64,000 nucleotides of DNA from positions 1 to 64,000 of IMG/VR virus record IMGVR_UViG_3300034062_006900, one strand, 5' to 3'. The DNA is from a virus. The notes beneath the pieces are model-generated. The model was not told where the DNA came from, did no database searches, and saw nothing but the letters and a program-made list of their open reading frames with translations. A program made the translations under genes and the position numbers. Shown here one piece after another: positions 16,081-28,423 of this stretch (position 1 is the stretch's first letter; the number at the start of each line of letters is the position of its first letter).

Positions 16081-17832
16081 TTAATCAATTCTCATAACAT
16101 AAAATAATGTATCATTAACTCTTATCTCATCAACGTTACCATCGTAACCATTTACAACCCCATAACCATCAGCATCAATAACTCCTTGAACGAATTCATC
16201 TTTATCGATGTAATTCTCCCACTCTAGTCCGAACTCACTCATAAAATATTCAGGGTCTCTTCTTACATCACTTAATAAGTCTTCAACTTTTTCATCGATT
16301 AAATCTTGAGGAAATTCACCCTCGGGATTCGATTCTATTTCTTCAATTTCATCTTGTAATTCGGAAATAATATCATTCAACTCATCTATCTTTTCTTCGA
16401 TATCCTCACTATCTTCATCTCCGAAGTCATCCTCCAATTGGGAGATTAATCTTTCTGTTTGTGAAATTCTTTCTTTGTTAATCCCAATTTTTTCTTCCTG
16501 TTCATTGGATAATTCTCTCTCGCTTTCATCAAAATAAACATCAGGATTATTCTGAACATCTTCATTATAAACATCTTCAGCATAATCTAACACGGCTTGT
16601 TCATCAATATACCCTCTTGCGAAAGATGCACTAAAACCTGCATATCCTACATCATCAATCAAGTTTTCAACGTATTCTTCAGCACTTCTTTGCATATCAT
16701 CAGAATCACCAACAGCATACCTCTGACCATTTAAGCCTGCATTTATAACCTCGAATTCTGTCATGTTATAATATCGACCACTTGGAATTAAATTATAAAC
16801 ATCTATTTTTTCATCGAACTCCTCTAACTCATCTTCCAAATCACTTATCTCATCTAAAAGGTCTGTTCTTACGTCCTCACTGTTATCATATTCTGTCTGT
16901 AGCCTTTCAATTTCATCTCTGAGTCTTTGAATTTCAATTCTATCCTGAGTTGTTAGAGGTTCAATATCATTATTATCCGATAACCATTCGAAAAGAGCGT
17001 GTGCTTTCAAAGCAATATCGTCTGGGTCATCACTTAAACTCCATTCTCCATTCGCTCTTCTTTCATCAGCCTCCTCACTTAGTGCTCTCACTCTTTGTTG
17101 TTCTCTCACTCTCGCCAATCTATCTTTTTCTTTTCTGGCAGCATCTTTGTCCCTGTATACTTTCAATTGTTCAGCAAATTGACTTTCCATGTATTGGTCG
17201 ATTGCCGACATCAATGTCTTATAGTCCTCATCAGCAAAAATCCATCCTTTGTTGAAAGAATTGTCTTTTGCATCCCACCAAGATTTATCTCCTTCAAACT
17301 TATTTAATAAAGCAACTTTATAATATGGGTCATCTGCTTTAAGTCTCTTGTCGATAATATAAAATAGTTTACCATCCTCATTGTAACGATTGAATTGATT
17401 ATTCTCTTCTGCGGCGGTGCACCATTTTGTTCCTTTACCATAATAACAAGACGTTTTATGGTTAAGTGGGTTTACAATAAAAAATTTATCATTCTCGAAA
17501 ACAACATTACCACCCTCAACTTGTCTTACAACTCTTCTTTGTTTGGTTTGATAATCCTCTAATGCAGAGATTAATTGGTCGGGTGACTTATATTGATAAA
17601 GGTCGGTGATTGGTAAGTTCGAAGAAATTGTGTGGAACTTATTCACCGCGTTATATAGTTTTGAGAGTTTCTCGTCAAATTGTATCGCATCAAGATTTTT
17701 CCCAATCCAGTTCAAATATTTTGGAAGAAACATTTTAACAATCCTATCAATCTGCTCCTTACTAAATTTCTTTGAGTAACTGTTTTGGAAATCTTCAACC
17801 CTACCCTCATTTAAAATTTTCAAAAAATCCAT
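16081..17832 (-). CDS. TKWC-motif domain protein with acidic coiled-coil C-terminus
   Basis: SCYYGKGTKWCTA...FNRY...GKLFYIIDK; very acidic C-terminal half. Confidence 0.75.
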   Translation of the reverse strand: MDFLKILNEGRVEDFQNSYSKKFSKEQIDRIVKMFLPKYLNWIGKNLDAIQFDEKLSKLYNAVNKFHTISSNLPITDLYQYKSPDQLISALEDYQTKQRRVVRQVEGGNVVFENDKFFIVNPLNHKTSCYYGKGTKWCTAAEENNQFNRYNEDGKLFYIIDKRLKADDPYYKVALLNKFEGDKSWWDAKDNSFNKGWIFADEDYKTLMSAIDQYMESQFAEQLKVYRDKDAARKEKDRLARVREQQRVRALSEEADERRANGEWSLSDDPDDIALKAHALFEWLSDNNDIEPLTTQDRIEIQRLRDEIERLQTEYDNSEDVRTDLLDEISDLEDELEEFDEKIDVYNLIPSGRYYNMTEFEVINAGLNGQRYAVGDSDDMQRSAEEYVENLIDDVGYAGFSASFARGYIDEQAVLDYAEDVYNEDVQNNPDVYFDESERELSNEQEEKIGINKERISQTERLISQLEDDFGDEDSEDIEEKIDELNDIISELQDEIEEIESNPEGEFPQDLIDEKVEDLLSDVRRDPEYFMSEFGLEWENYIDKDEFVQGVIDADGYGVVNGYDGNVDEIRVNDTLFYVMRID

Positions 17833-17919
17833 GCACTTTTATTTGATAAATATTCTTTTTAATTTATATTTCCAATAAAGATAATATTTATTCTTATAAA
17901 CTAATCAAATTATTTCATT

Positions 17920-18102
17920 ATGGGATGCGGATGTAAAAATAAAGGGAATCAAACCCCAGCACCAGCCACTCAAACTACGGCTCAACAAACAGAACAGACA
18001 AATGTAACTCAAGAATCAGTTAAAAGTTCTATCAAAAAAACAATCGAAAAGTATTACAACGTAAATAAAACTTCTTCGACAAACGGATGGATTAAAGGGT
18101 AA
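17920..18102 (+). CDS. small MGCGCK protein
   Basis: ORF followed by a terminator at 18130-18156. Confidence 0.65.
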   Translation: MGCGCKNKGNQTPAPATQTTAQQTEQTNVTQESVKSSIKKTIEKYYNVNKTSSTNGWIKG

Positions 18103-18169
18103 TAATTCAATTTAAAACATTTATAGACTAAGGGACAAAAATTTGTCCCTTTTTTTGTATTTATAATCA

Positions 18170-19171
18170 ATGGAGATTGAAGAATTTATAGAGATGTTTA
18201 ATAACAATGACTTAGATGTTAAAAAATATTTTAACAACTACGCCACTTGGTTTTCCATTCTCAAAAAAAGAGGTCTTATGGGGGAAATTGACCCCAAAAA
18301 TGCTTCTGATGGTGAAGAATGGCAAAATGAATATCTTCTTTGGTTATATGATAACGATAGGGAAAATTATTACAAATGGATTCCGAGTTTGTTGGACGAT
18401 GTAATTTTCGAAAACGGTCAGGCATATTTAGAAGTTTCTGATAGAGGTGATTTAGCCAAGTTATTTTGTGATGGTCATAGATATGACTTATCAAGAGACA
18501 CAATTGAAAATATTTTATCAGGTGATAGTGATGTATGGGAACATTATTGGGACACAACAGATAATGTATACAGAGATGTTATTGAAGAACTAACACCTGA
18601 TAATGATAAAAGGTTAGGTAAATACATAGTTGACACTTTGAACGGTCAACAAATTTCAGCAGAAACGGATGAACTTCAACTTATAGCCACTGAACAGGGT
18701 CATCCAGAATACGCAGTAATAACTATGGAAAACGTCAAAAGAATTATCGATAATGAGGAAACTATGAAAGAATTACTTGATAACCAATTGAGTGATTTAA
18801 AAAATGAATTATATTCCATTCATAATTCTGCATATAATTCTGCATATGAATCTCAGGTTTGGGATGAGATATGGAGTGAATTAGAAACTTATTTCGAAGG
18901 TCATGGTGAATGGGTTACAAGACCCCACCCTTACAAGAAAAACACTGAAATTCAATATTTCAAAATACCGATAACAAACTTTGAAAAAGATGTAAATGAC
19001 TACCTATTTAATGCTAAGGGATGGGGTAATTCAGGCACTTTGGAATATCATGGAAGTTACTTAGAAATTATGCGAGAAGATAGAGATTGTTTAAGTGCTC
19101 AAGCACCCGATTACCCTGACAGTCGCAGGGTAGATAAAAACATAAATGAGTTTTTCAAGGAATATATTTAA
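18170..19171 (+). CDS. acidic hypothetical protein
   Basis: ORF with TATTTAT at 18158-18164. Confidence 0.75.
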   Translation: MEIEEFIEMFNNNDLDVKKYFNNYATWFSILKKRGLMGEIDPKNASDGEEWQNEYLLWLYDNDRENYYKWIPSLLDDVIFENGQAYLEVSDRGDLAKLFCDGHRYDLSRDTIENILSGDSDVWEHYWDTTDNVYRDVIEELTPDNDKRLGKYIVDTLNGQQISAETDELQLIATEQGHPEYAVITMENVKRIIDNEETMKELLDNQLSDLKNELYSIHNSAYNSAYESQVWDEIWSELETYFEGHGEWVTRPHPYKKNTEIQYFKIPITNFEKDVNDYLFNAKGWGNSGTLEYHGSYLEIMREDRDCLSAQAPDYPDSRRVDKNINEFFKEYI

Positions 19172-19962
19172 TGAACATCGATAATATCATATCTAAAGTT
19201 TTGGGAGAGGAGAGAGGTTTTACCCCACCCAAGAATCCTCCAAAGAATATCAAAAACATATTGAGCCAAGTTCAGTTGTTCGAAGTATACCCAAGCATAT
19301 TTGCCGTTGTTATTAAAGATGACAGATTAAGAGCCAGAGTTTTTATGCGTTACCAAGAATTCTATGAATCAGACTCAGACACATTCAGAGGTAAAGGATT
19401 CAAATGGAAAGATTATACAAAGTATTACAAAGAAAAAACTAAGAACAATATACTCACTTACCATGAAGATTGGGCTGGTTACAACATCCCTTGTAATTCA
19501 ATTGAGTCTTGTATCGCATTAATCCCCGACATTAACTATTACGATTTAATTATGTTTAGCATCGTTGATACCGTAAGAGCTGTAGTTGGTGATGATGATT
19601 ATTATTTAATTGGTATCGACCAAAGTAATGGTGAAGACCCATCTTTAATATATCATGAGGTTGCTCACGGTCTTTGGTTCTCATCACCTGAATACAAAAG
19701 CCAACAGTCCTACAACATCGAAAACATGGACCAAGTCACAAGAAATCAAGTTGCAAAAAAGATTTCAGGTATGGGTTATGGAGAAAATGTTATAGATGAT
19801 GAGATTCAAGCATATTTATCTACAGGTATTGGTGATGATATGAAAAGAATCAAAGGTATCAAAGAAGCTCAAATCCCTTTTAAAGATACTTTTGATGAAT
19901 ACTCAACTCAAATCAAACCTAAACAAATACCAATCGATTGGAGAACTGACTTAGACAAATGA
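19171..19962 (+). CDS. HExxH zincin-like protein
   Basis: IYHEVAHG...DEIQAY. Confidence 0.65.
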   Translation: MNIDNIISKVLGEERGFTPPKNPPKNIKNILSQVQLFEVYPSIFAVVIKDDRLRARVFMRYQEFYESDSDTFRGKGFKWKDYTKYYKEKTKNNILTYHEDWAGYNIPCNSIESCIALIPDINYYDLIMFSIVDTVRAVVGDDDYYLIGIDQSNGEDPSLIYHEVAHGLWFSSPEYKSQQSYNIENMDQVTRNQVAKKISGMGYGENVIDDEIQAYLSTGIGDDMKRIKGIKEAQIPFKDTFDEYSTQIKPKQIPIDWRTDLDK

Positions 19963-20807
19963 TGAAATTTATACCCATATTAGAAACTGTTATTTTAGAA
20001 CAAAAGAGATTTAAGTTTGACCCCGAGACATATGCAAATATGGTAAGAATCACTGAGAAGTTATGGGGATTAAGAAATAAAGAATTGACAAGAAAGACAC
20101 AAGTTGATGGGTTTAAATTCAAAACTTCTGATGGAACTGACGGTTATGTCAAAATAATTATTAACCCAAGATTAAAATATATTGGATATATGGATACAAG
20201 ACCTAAGGATTCTCGTGACCCAATGGATTTTGTAATGGAAGTTCAACCAAAAGAATATGTTTCGAAGAAGAATTTATTCTTAACGATATACCATGAAATG
20301 CTTCACGCTACTGACCCATCACAATCAACAAAACTTAACCAAAAGTATCAGACAACATACAACGAAAAAAGTGACAAACAGTATTGGGGCCATCCTATCG
20401 AGTTCAGAGCAATTACAAATGAATTCTTGGAAGGTTTGGTTTTAGAATATAAGAGAAGATTCGGTAGACTTAGAAATCAAGAAAACAGAAAGTTTCTTTC
20501 TAAATCCCTTAAGAATATTCTAAACTACTTTGCTAAAGGTGAACCCTTATCTAAATTATCTCTTGATGTTATTAGCAGAATAAATGATGAAAATGTTTTA
20601 GATAATAAAATATCTCAACTTGTTTCTGATATGCCAACAGATTTCCCTGGTGTCTCTGAATTTATGGGCACAAAGGAGGAACCTTATTACATCACATACA
20701 TTGAATTAATTAAGAAACATAATCCTGAAATATGGAAAAGATTCTTAACCATGTTATACAATACATCTTATGAGATTGAAGATATTCTAAAAGAAAAAGG
20801 GGTTTAA
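19959..20807 (+). CDS. HExxH zincin-like protein
   Basis: IYHEMLHA...[10 protein letters not shown]. Confidence 0.65.
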   Translation: MMKFIPILETVILEQKRFKFDPETYANMVRITEKLWGLRNKELTRKTQVDGFKFKTSDGTDGYVKIIINPRLKYIGYMDTRPKDSRDPMDFVMEVQPKEYVSKKNLFLTIYHEMLHATDPSQSTKLNQKYQTTYNEKSDKQYWGHPIEFRAITNEFLEGLVLEYKRRFGRLRNQENRKFLSKSLKNILNYFAKGEPLSKLSLDVISRINDENVLDNKISQLVSDMPTDFPGVSEFMGTKEEPYYITYIELIKKHNPEIWKRFLTMLYNTSYEIEDILKEKGV

Positions 20808-22843
20808 ATTAACCCCTTTTCTTTTGCTATAATTTCTAATGTTTCTAATTTAGACTCGCTATCATCAAGAATAGCTGATTGTTCTTTAATTGCTTCTAAA
20901 CATAACGCAATCATATCATAATACTTTATCTGATAATATGAATTTTCACTATCTGATTTGAAGACTAATTCAGGAACTACGTGTTGAACTTCTTGTGCAA
21001 TAAAACCTATTTCACGTTCAGTCTCTCTATTTTCTGCTTGATAATCAAAATTCTTCCAATCGTAGTATACACCTCTAAGTTTGAGAACTTTATCTAATGC
21101 TCCTTCGATGGTTTTAATTTCTTTCTTAAATCTTTTATCTGACGGTCCTGGTGCACCTGTTGCTCCTTGAGCACCTTGTGGTCCTCCTGGTCCTGGTCCT
21201 CCTGCAGGTCCTTGTCCTCCTGGAACTCCCTGGAAACCTGTTGGTCCTCCAGCTCCTCCCGGTCCTATAAATCCTGTAGGTCCAGTTGCACCTTGAGCCC
21301 CTTGTGGACCACCACCTCCACCAGGTCCCCCAGCACCTTGAGCACCTGTTGCTCCACCACCTCCTTGAGCTCCTTGGAATCCTACAGGGCCTTGAGGACC
21401 TTGGGCTCCTTGTGGACCTTGTCCTCCTTGAGAACCTTGCGAACCTTGTGGCCCAACAGAGCCTTGTCCTCCTTGCGGACCACGTCCACCTTGTGAACCT
21501 TGTGGTCCTACGGCACCTTGTGAACCTTGTGGACCTGTCGGTCCTTGAGCTCCTTGAGCACCCTGTCCACCAGCAGGACCTTGTCCACCTTGAGGACCTC
21601 GTCCTCCTTGTGAACCTTGTGGTCCTACGGCACCTTGTGAACCTTGTGGACCTGTCGGTCCTTGAGCTCCTTGAGCACCCTGTCCACCAGCAGGACCTTG
21701 TCCTCCTTGGGGACCTCGTCCTCCTTGCGAACCTTGTGGTCCAACAGCACCTTGAGCACCTTGAGGACCCGTTGGTCCTTGAGAACCTTGGGCTCCTTGA
21801 CCTCCTCCAGGTCCTTGAGCTCCTTGCGAACCTTGACCTCCTTGAGAACCTTGTGGTCCTACAGGACCTTGAGCTCCTTGTGGACCTTGTCCCCCTTGAG
21901 AACCTTGGGCTCCTTGACCTCCTGTTGGTCCCTGAGCACCTTGCGAACCTTGACCTCCTTGAGCACCTTGAGCTCCAACAGCTCCTTGGGCACCTTGCCC
22001 ACCTTGTGAACCTTGACCTCCTTGAGCACCTTGTCCACCTGCAGCCCCACCAGCACCTTGAGCACCTTGACCACCTTGTGAACCTTGTGGTCCTACTGGT
22101 CCTTGGGCTCCTTGTGGTCCTTGACCACCTTGAGCACCTTGAGCACCTTGACCTCCCGCGGTTCCTTGAGCACCTTGTGAACCTTGACCTCCTTGAGCTC
22201 CTTGAGGTCCAGTATCACCTTGTGAACCCTGTAATCCTTGACCTCCTTGAGCACCTTGTGCTCCTTGACCTCCTGTCGGACCTTGGAACCCTTGAGCACC
22301 CTGTGCACCAGCGGCTCCCTGAGCACCCTGACCACCTGTTGTTCCCTGAGCACCTTGACTTCCTTGTGCACCGGCAGTTCCTTGAGCACCTGTTCCTCCT
22401 GAGTTTCCTTGAGCACCTTGGAAACCTTGAGCACCTGCTAGTCCTTGAGCTCCTTGAGCACCTGTGGGACCTTGGAAACCTTGAGCTCCTGTTGCACCTT
22501 CAGTTCCTTGTGCACCTTGTCCTCCAACAACTCCTTGCGACCCAGTAAAACCTGAAGCACCTTGAAAACCTTGAGGACCTTTCGGTTGTTGGTTTCCACG
22601 CCATCCTGTAGAGTTTATGATAGGGTTAACCGCAAAATTTGTGATACTAGCAAATCTGAGGTCAGCACTAGTAATCCTAAAGTTTGGATAAGAATTATCA
22701 ATGTTCAGATTCCATGATTTTGCACCTTCGAAAAATCTTAAGGTTCCAGATTGTATTCTCCACCCAATAATTGTATCATCAAAACTTTGAAAGTTTATTA
22801 TAGGGACAACGGGAATTATATTAATATTTTCATTTCCGGGCAT
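20804..22843 (-). CDS. collagen-like fibre protein with peptidase S74 chaperone (C)
   Basis: About 160 Gly-X-Y units then [10 protein letters not shown]...GFIAQEV..VPELV. Confidence 0.9.
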   Translation of the reverse strand: MPGNENINIIPVVPIINFQSFDDTIIGWRIQSGTLRFFEGAKSWNLNIDNSYPNFRITSADLRFASITNFAVNPIINSTGWRGNQQPKGPQGFQGASGFTGSQGVVGGQGAQGTEGATGAQGFQGPTGAQGAQGLAGAQGFQGAQGNSGGTGAQGTAGAQGSQGAQGTTGGQGAQGAAGAQGAQGFQGPTGGQGAQGAQGGQGLQGSQGDTGPQGAQGGQGSQGAQGTAGGQGAQGAQGGQGPQGAQGPVGPQGSQGGQGAQGAGGAAGGQGAQGGQGSQGGQGAQGAVGAQGAQGGQGSQGAQGPTGGQGAQGSQGGQGPQGAQGPVGPQGSQGGQGSQGAQGPGGGQGAQGSQGPTGPQGAQGAVGPQGSQGGRGPQGGQGPAGGQGAQGAQGPTGPQGSQGAVGPQGSQGGRGPQGGQGPAGGQGAQGAQGPTGPQGSQGAVGPQGSQGGRGPQGGQGSVGPQGSQGSQGGQGPQGAQGPQGPVGFQGAQGGGGATGAQGAGGPGGGGGPQGAQGATGPTGFIGPGGAGGPTGFQGVPGGQGPAGGPGPGGPQGAQGATGAPGPSDKRFKKEIKTIEGALDKVLKLRGVYYDWKNFDYQAENRETEREIGFIAQEVQHVVPELVFKSDSENSYYQIKYYDMIALCLEAIKEQSAILDDSESKLETLEIIAKEKGLI

Positions 22844-24948
22844 TATATTAATTCTTTTAACACATTTATTCTTTCGAGTATTGACTCAATTTTTTTCTGA
22901 TTCTCTTGAACACTACCAACACCTATACTTACCATATAATTATATTGAACTGACTTATATCCATCATAATCTGTAAAAACAACTTCAGGTAAAACCTCTT
23001 CCAAATCTTGAGCAATAAATCCTATCGAAGAACCTGTAAAAGCAAACTTATTTAAATTTAGTTTATTGTTCTTTATTTTATCATGTTCTTCATCCCATGT
23101 AAAAGAAACTCCTTCAATTTGTTTTGCAATTGATAACGGATTCTCAATTTTCTTGATATTATCTTTTAACCTTCTGTCCGATGGTGGTCCTGTTGGCCCT
23201 TGAGCACCTTCAGGCCCTGTTCCTCCTGGAGGACCTGGATTACCTGTAGGTCCTGGAGGACCTGCAGCTCCTGGACCTCCTGGCCCACCTGCTGGTCCTG
23301 GAGGTCCTTGTAGTCCTTTAGGACCTGGTGCACCTGTTGGTCCTGTTCCACCTCCTGGTCCTGGAGGACCTTGAGCACCTTGACCTCCTGTTCCACCTGT
23401 TGCACCAGCAGCTCCTCCTGTTCCTGTAAATCCTTGAGCCCCTATAAAACCTGGCGGTCCTACAGCTCCTTGAGCACCTTGAGTTGAACTTTGAGAACCT
23501 TGAGCTCCTTGGAATCCTGTAACGCCTTGAGCTCCTTGAACACCACTTTGAGAACCTTGGGCACCTGTTGGTCCTGTTGGACCAGGAGCTCCTTGAGCAC
23601 CTGTATTTCCTCCTTGCGAACCTTGAGCTCCTTGGAATCCTGTAACACCTTGAGCTCCTTGAACTCCACTTTGAGCACCTTGGGCTCCTGTTGGTCCTGT
23701 TGGACCTGGAGCTCCTTGAGCACCTGTATTTCCTCCCTGTGAACCTTGAGCTCCTTGGAATCCTGTAACTCCCTGAGCACCTTGAGTTGAACTTTGAGAG
23801 CCTTGTGCTCCTGTTGGTCCTGTTGGCCCTATATTACCTTGAGCTCCTTGACTAGGTCCTTGTGAACCTTGAGCACCTTGAGCACCTGTGTTTCCTGTTG
23901 CACCTGGTGTTGTGCTTTGAGAACCTTGGGCTCCTGTGAAACCTGCAGGTCCTGTCGCTCCTTGAGCTCCTTGCGTCACTCCTGTAGGACCCGGATTACC
24001 TGTAAATCCTTTTGGTCCTGTTGCACCCGCAACTGCACTTTGAGCACCTTGTGCTCCTGTGCTACCAGGTGCACCTATATTACCTTGAGCACCTGTATTG
24101 GCTCCTTGAGGACCTTGTGCTCCTTGTGCTCCTGTATTACCAGTCGCACCCGCATTTCCACTTTGAGCTCCTTGAGCACCTGTGAAACCTGTCGGACCTG
24201 TTGCTCCTTGTGCTCCTGTATTGGCACCTTGTGTTCCTTGTGCACCTGTATTACCTGTTGGACCTGTAGCACCTGCCGTTGTGCTTTGGGCACCCTGAGC
24301 ACCTTGGAAACCTGTCGGTCCTGTTGCACCTTGAGCACCCTGTGTAACTCCTTGGGGGCCAGGAAAACCTGCAAATCCTTTCGGACCTTGAGAACCCTGA
24401 GCACCTGTATTTGCACCTTGTGTTCCTTGAGCACCTGTATTACCTGTAGCTCCCTGAGAACCTTGTGCTCCCTGAAACACTCCCTGTGCACCTTGAGCCC
24501 CTGTAAATCCTGTGTCTCCCTGAGCACCTGATGCACCTGAAACATTACTTGTTGGTCCCTTAGGACCTGTTGCACCTTTCGGACCCTGAGCACCTTGTGC
24601 TCCACCAGCACCTCCCTGTGCACCTTGAGCACCTTGAGCACCTGTGATACCTTGAGCTCCCGTGTCTCCTGTTAAACCCTTAATACCATCCAATGGACCA
24701 ATCCATACACCTACGGTGTTTATCATGGCAACACCACCAACGTAAGTAATACCATTTGTAATTGAAGCTCCTGATGATGTTATGTTGGTATTACTTATTT
24801 CGAAACCTGCAGATACGGTTGCTGAAGATAAAGACAAAGCACCCGTAGACTTAACGTTGAATTGTAATTTAGACGTGTCATCATCAAAAACAATATGAGG
24901 GTCTGAATTTCCAGTTGTTCCTGTAGGATATATAATAACATTAGGCAT
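22843..24948 (-). CDS. collagen-like fibre protein with peptidase S74 chaperone (B)
   Basis: Gly-X-Y with periodic one-residue stutters then [10 protein letters not shown]...GFIAQDL..LPEVV. Confidence 0.9.
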   Translation of the reverse strand: MPNVIIYPTGTTGNSDPHIVFDDDTSKLQFNVKSTGALSLSSATVSAGFEISNTNITSSGASITNGITYVGGVAMINTVGVWIGPLDGIKGLTGDTGAQGITGAQGAQGAQGGAGGAQGAQGPKGATGPKGPTSNVSGASGAQGDTGFTGAQGAQGVFQGAQGSQGATGNTGAQGTQGANTGAQGSQGPKGFAGFPGPQGVTQGAQGATGPTGFQGAQGAQSTTAGATGPTGNTGAQGTQGANTGAQGATGPTGFTGAQGAQSGNAGATGNTGAQGAQGPQGANTGAQGNIGAPGSTGAQGAQSAVAGATGPKGFTGNPGPTGVTQGAQGATGPAGFTGAQGSQSTTPGATGNTGAQGAQGSQGPSQGAQGNIGPTGPTGAQGSQSSTQGAQGVTGFQGAQGSQGGNTGAQGAPGPTGPTGAQGAQSGVQGAQGVTGFQGAQGSQGGNTGAQGAPGPTGPTGAQGSQSGVQGAQGVTGFQGAQGSQSSTQGAQGAVGPPGFIGAQGFTGTGGAAGATGGTGGQGAQGPPGPGGGTGPTGAPGPKGLQGPPGPAGGPGGPGAAGPPGPTGNPGPPGGTGPEGAQGPTGPPSDRRLKDNIKKIENPLSIAKQIEGVSFTWDEEHDKIKNNKLNLNKFAFTGSSIGFIAQDLEEVLPEVVFTDYDGYKSVQYNYMVSIGVGSVQENQKKIESILERINVLKELI

Positions 24949-27242
24949 TATGATAATTTGTTTTCAAGTTCGTTAATTTGTTCTTTGATATCTTCTATAA
25001 ATACTTGTTGTGATTTTATAGCCTCAACCAACACACTATTCAATTTATTGTAATCAATATAATAATATCCTTCTCCATTTATTGATACCACTTCAGGAAA
25101 ATATAATCTCACATTCTGAGCAATTAGTCCGATAGCGTGAAGTCTTTGATGTTTTTCGAAATATGCATATTCAGATTTATTTAAATTAGTATTCCAATCA
25201 TACTCTACCGCCTCCAACATCATTACCTTTTCTAATGCGTCATATATTGTTTCAATTTTTGTTTTTAAATTGACATCAGAAAAGTAACTACCGCAATCAG
25301 AATTATAATTTCCAAACCCACAAGTATTAGCAACATCATAACACACGCTTGATTCTACGGCTCTAGTCCAATAACTGTTCCAATCACAAGTTCCATTGAC
25401 ACAGTTTGTAACATTAAGATATTTGGCTTCAAGCATACCTGTTGCAGCATTATTTTGGCGAACAGATTGAGTGGACGGCATATTACACGCCGCTGTACAG
25501 CTACCACCCACAAAAAAAGCATATATTCCACAGGTTACTGCTGCAGGTCCCGTAGCACCCTGTGCTCCTTGAGCACCTGTTGGGCCTGTTGGACCTGAAG
25601 GTCCTGGTCCTCCCGTTGGGCCACCACCACCCTGAGGACCTCTTGGTCCTGGCGGACCATCAACACCTTGGAATCCTTGTCCTCCTTGAGCACCTTGAGC
25701 ACCCTGTCCACCTCCACCACCTGGAGGTCCTTGAGCACCTTGGCTTCCTTGGCCTCCACCACCTCCGGGACCGCCTTGTGGTCCTCTTGGTCCTACAAAA
25801 CCTACAGGACCACCTGGTCCTCCCGGACCTGTCGCACCTGTGGGTCCTAATAATCCTGTGTCTCCTCCTGCTCCTGTCGGACCAGCAGCACCTGTAGGCC
25901 CTAATAGACCTTGAGCTCCTGTTGGTCCTGTAGGTCCTAATGGTCCTGTTGCACCTTGTGCTCCAGGATGTCCTGTTCCTCCACCCGCTCCTGTCGGACC
26001 AGCAGCACCTGTTGGTCCTAATAGACCTTGAGCTCCTGTTGGTCCTGTAGGTCCTAATGGTCCTGTTGCACCTTGTGCTCCAGGATGTCCTGTTCCTCCA
26101 CCCGCTCCTGTCGGACCAGCAGCACCTGTTGGTCCTAATAGACCTTGAGCTCCTGTTGGTCCTGTAGGTCCTAATGGTCCTGTTGCACCTTGTGCTCCAG
26201 GATGTCCTGTTCCACCTTGTGAACCCGTGGCTCCCTTTGGTCCTGTCGGTCCTAATAAACCTGTTGCACCCGTCGGTCCTGTTGGGCCTCCTGGTCCTGT
26301 AGCACCCGTCGGTCCTGGAGGACCGTCTACTCCTTGAAATCCTGTGGCTCCTTTTGGTCCTGTGGGTCCTAAAGCACCTTGAGCTCCCACAGCTCCACCT
26401 GGACCTGTTCCTCCTGTCGCACCTTGTGCTCCAGCAAATCCTGTAGCACCTTGAGCTCCAACAGCTCCACCTGGACCTGTTGCACCTATGGCTCCTTGAG
26501 CTCCCGCAGAACCTCCTGGCCCTGTTGGTCCTGTAGCACCTTGAGCACCTGGATTTCCCGTTCCTCCTTGAGACCCCGTTGCACCCTTTGGTCCTGTTGG
26601 TCCTAATAAACCTTGAGCACCTGTTGGTCCTGTTGCACCTGTTGCACCAGCAGCTCCTGTTGGTCCTGGTGGACCATCAACTCCTTGAAATCCTTGAGCA
26701 CCTGTGTTACCCGTGGCACCTTGAGCACCTGGATGTCCTGTTGCACCTTGAGCACCCACATTACCCTGTGCACCTATTGAACCTTGAGGTCCTAAGTTAC
26801 CCTGTGCTCCTATTGGACCTTGAGGTCCTGTATTTCCTTGTGAACCCGTTGGTCCAGGAGAACCATCAACTCCTTGAAAACCTTGAGCCCCTTGAGCTCC
26901 CACAGCACCTTGAGCTCCATTATGCCCTGTCGAGCCCTGAGCTCCTTGAGGACCTTGAGCTCCTTGAAGACCTTGGGCACCTGTAAGTCCACTCAGTGAA
27001 CCTACCCAATCAGCTGTTCCATTAATTACCTGAACTCCACCTACCGTATAGTTGTCTATAACATTAATAGTATTTCCTGACACAATTCCACTCGCTAATG
27101 CAAGACTCGGTGTAGAACCGAAAGTAAGTGTTCCTGTCGTTAACATTCTAACACGAATACTAGCACTATTAATGAAATCAATATATGGGACCCTATCAGG
27201 AGTTCTAAAAATCGCGTTACTTGGGACAATTGTTATTGGCAT
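24948..27242 (-). CDS. collagen-like fibre protein with Cys-rich tip and peptidase S74 chaperone (A)
   Basis: Gly-X-Y tract, ~85-aa Cys-rich segment, [10 protein letters not shown]...GLIAQNV..FPEVV. Confidence 0.9.
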   Translation of the reverse strand: MPITIVPSNAIFRTPDRVPYIDFINSASIRVRMLTTGTLTFGSTPSLALASGIVSGNTINVIDNYTVGGVQVINGTADWVGSLSGLTGAQGLQGAQGPQGAQGSTGHNGAQGAVGAQGAQGFQGVDGSPGPTGSQGNTGPQGPIGAQGNLGPQGSIGAQGNVGAQGATGHPGAQGATGNTGAQGFQGVDGPPGPTGAAGATGATGPTGAQGLLGPTGPKGATGSQGGTGNPGAQGATGPTGPGGSAGAQGAIGATGPGGAVGAQGATGFAGAQGATGGTGPGGAVGAQGALGPTGPKGATGFQGVDGPPGPTGATGPGGPTGPTGATGLLGPTGPKGATGSQGGTGHPGAQGATGPLGPTGPTGAQGLLGPTGAAGPTGAGGGTGHPGAQGATGPLGPTGPTGAQGLLGPTGAAGPTGAGGGTGHPGAQGATGPLGPTGPTGAQGLLGPTGAAGPTGAGGDTGLLGPTGATGPGGPGGPVGFVGPRGPQGGPGGGGGQGSQGAQGPPGGGGGQGAQGAQGGQGFQGVDGPPGPRGPQGGGGPTGGPGPSGPTGPTGAQGAQGATGPAAVTCGIYAFFVGGSCTAACNMPSTQSVRQNNAATGMLEAKYLNVTNCVNGTCDWNSYWTRAVESSVCYDVANTCGFGNYNSDCGSYFSDVNLKTKIETIYDALEKVMMLEAVEYDWNTNLNKSEYAYFEKHQRLHAIGLIAQNVRLYFPEVVSINGEGYYYIDYNKLNSVLVEAIKSQQVFIEDIKEQINELENKLS

Positions 27243-27368
27243 GAAAATAATTTCTTAACTATAAATACCATATAGAACAAATATCTCACATAAAATTTTA
27301 AGATATTATTCAATTGGTATTTTAAATTTATTATACTTTGATTTGTAATAAATATTTAGAAAAAAATA

Positions 27369-28121
27369 ATGATACTAAAAAACACAAAAAACAAATTGTC
27401 CGAGATTAATTTGTTCTCAGATTATATTTTGAATCAAATACCTAACTCTGAAAGAAGTATAATCAAAATTGCTGATTGTGGTAATTTTCTAATCATCAAG
27501 GGTAAAACGACCCACAATGAATTATTAGATTTATCTAAAATAAAAACAGAATTTTGTGAGAAGTTTAATATAAATTCTGACCCCAAATCTATTTTCAGTC
27601 ATATGATAGATTTGATTGAATATGGTGTAAATCTACAACCAACAGAATCTATCACTCACAACTACTTCAACAGCGAAAACTGTTCTTACAGTTATAAACA
27701 AGTTGAATCCTTTAAAAATAATCCTGAGTCTTCTTATGATTATTGTTTAAAGGTAAAGGAAGTCGATGAGAACGATTTGATTCTTGTTTCTGAGTTCCCT
27801 CACGGTCATTCATTAGAAATGGGAAGATTACTTTATTACTATGGTAAGAAAATAACTTACTCAATTCCACCCACTTACCCATACACTTCTGTCGTGATGA
27901 CCATCCCATCAAAAGACCCTGAAGAAAATTTCTCTGTTTATGATAATTTCTTGGAGTCTGAAGATGATAGTCTTAGGTCAGCTGTCTTAGATGTGTTTGA
28001 TTTTGACATGACTGAATTAAATAAAAAACTCAAAGAAGTTGATTTCTACGATGAGATAACCAACCCTTTGAGTGATTATGATTTCCTTAAAGAAAGGAAT
28101 AAAGATTTCTTTGTTATCTAA
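27369..28121 (+). CDS. hypothetical protein, possibly a degenerate MetK-like fold
   Basis: NLFSDYIL...LIIKGKTT loosely echoes MetK DQISDAIL...VLVGGEITT. Confidence 0.55.
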   Translation: MILKNTKNKLSEINLFSDYILNQIPNSERSIIKIADCGNFLIIKGKTTHNELLDLSKIKTEFCEKFNINSDPKSIFSHMIDLIEYGVNLQPTESITHNYFNSENCSYSYKQVESFKNNPESSYDYCLKVKEVDENDLILVSEFPHGHSLEMGRLLYYYGKKITYSIPPTYPYTSVVMTIPSKDPEENFSVYDNFLESEDDSLRSAVLDVFDFDMTELNKKLKEVDFYDEITNPLSDYDFLKERNKDFFVI

Positions 28122-28417
28122 ACGATACCAACTTTCTTACGATGTTTCTTTACAATATCTAACGCTTCAGTTAGTTCCATATAGTCTCTATCAGGTGCAT
28201 ATAAGAAAGATTTAGGATTTGTATTTGAATCTTCAATGATTAAAAGTGCTGGTATCATATCATTTTTTGTTACCTCACTGAAAATATCATACTCTTCTTT
28301 ATATTCATCAATATCTCTATCGATGTATTCTATTTTATTTTCCTCCAACATTTTTTTGAAGTCCGTGCAATGAGGACAACCTTTCATTGTATAAACAACC
28401 ACGTTTAAATCTTTCAT
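28118..28417 (-). CDS. glutaredoxin/NrdH-like protein
   Basis: VYTMKGCPHC, IP cis-Pro motif. Confidence 0.85.
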   Translation of the reverse strand: MKDLNVVVYTMKGCPHCTDFKKMLEENKIEYIDRDIDEYKEEYDIFSEVTKNDMIPALLIIEDSNTNPKSFLYAPDRDYMELTEALDIVKKHRKKVGIV

Positions 28418-28423
28418 AATAAA

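Noticed and set aside
21140-26990. 117-123-nt tandem repeats as a possible CRISPR array or DGR
   Set aside because: In-frame coding repeats with no unique spacers; no cas gene or reverse transcriptase in the window.
21167-26992. Long alternative-frame ORFs over the collagen genes (e.g. 21286..22548 +)
   Set aside because: By-products of stop-poor Gly-X-Y codon repeats; low-complexity translations with no independent expression signals.
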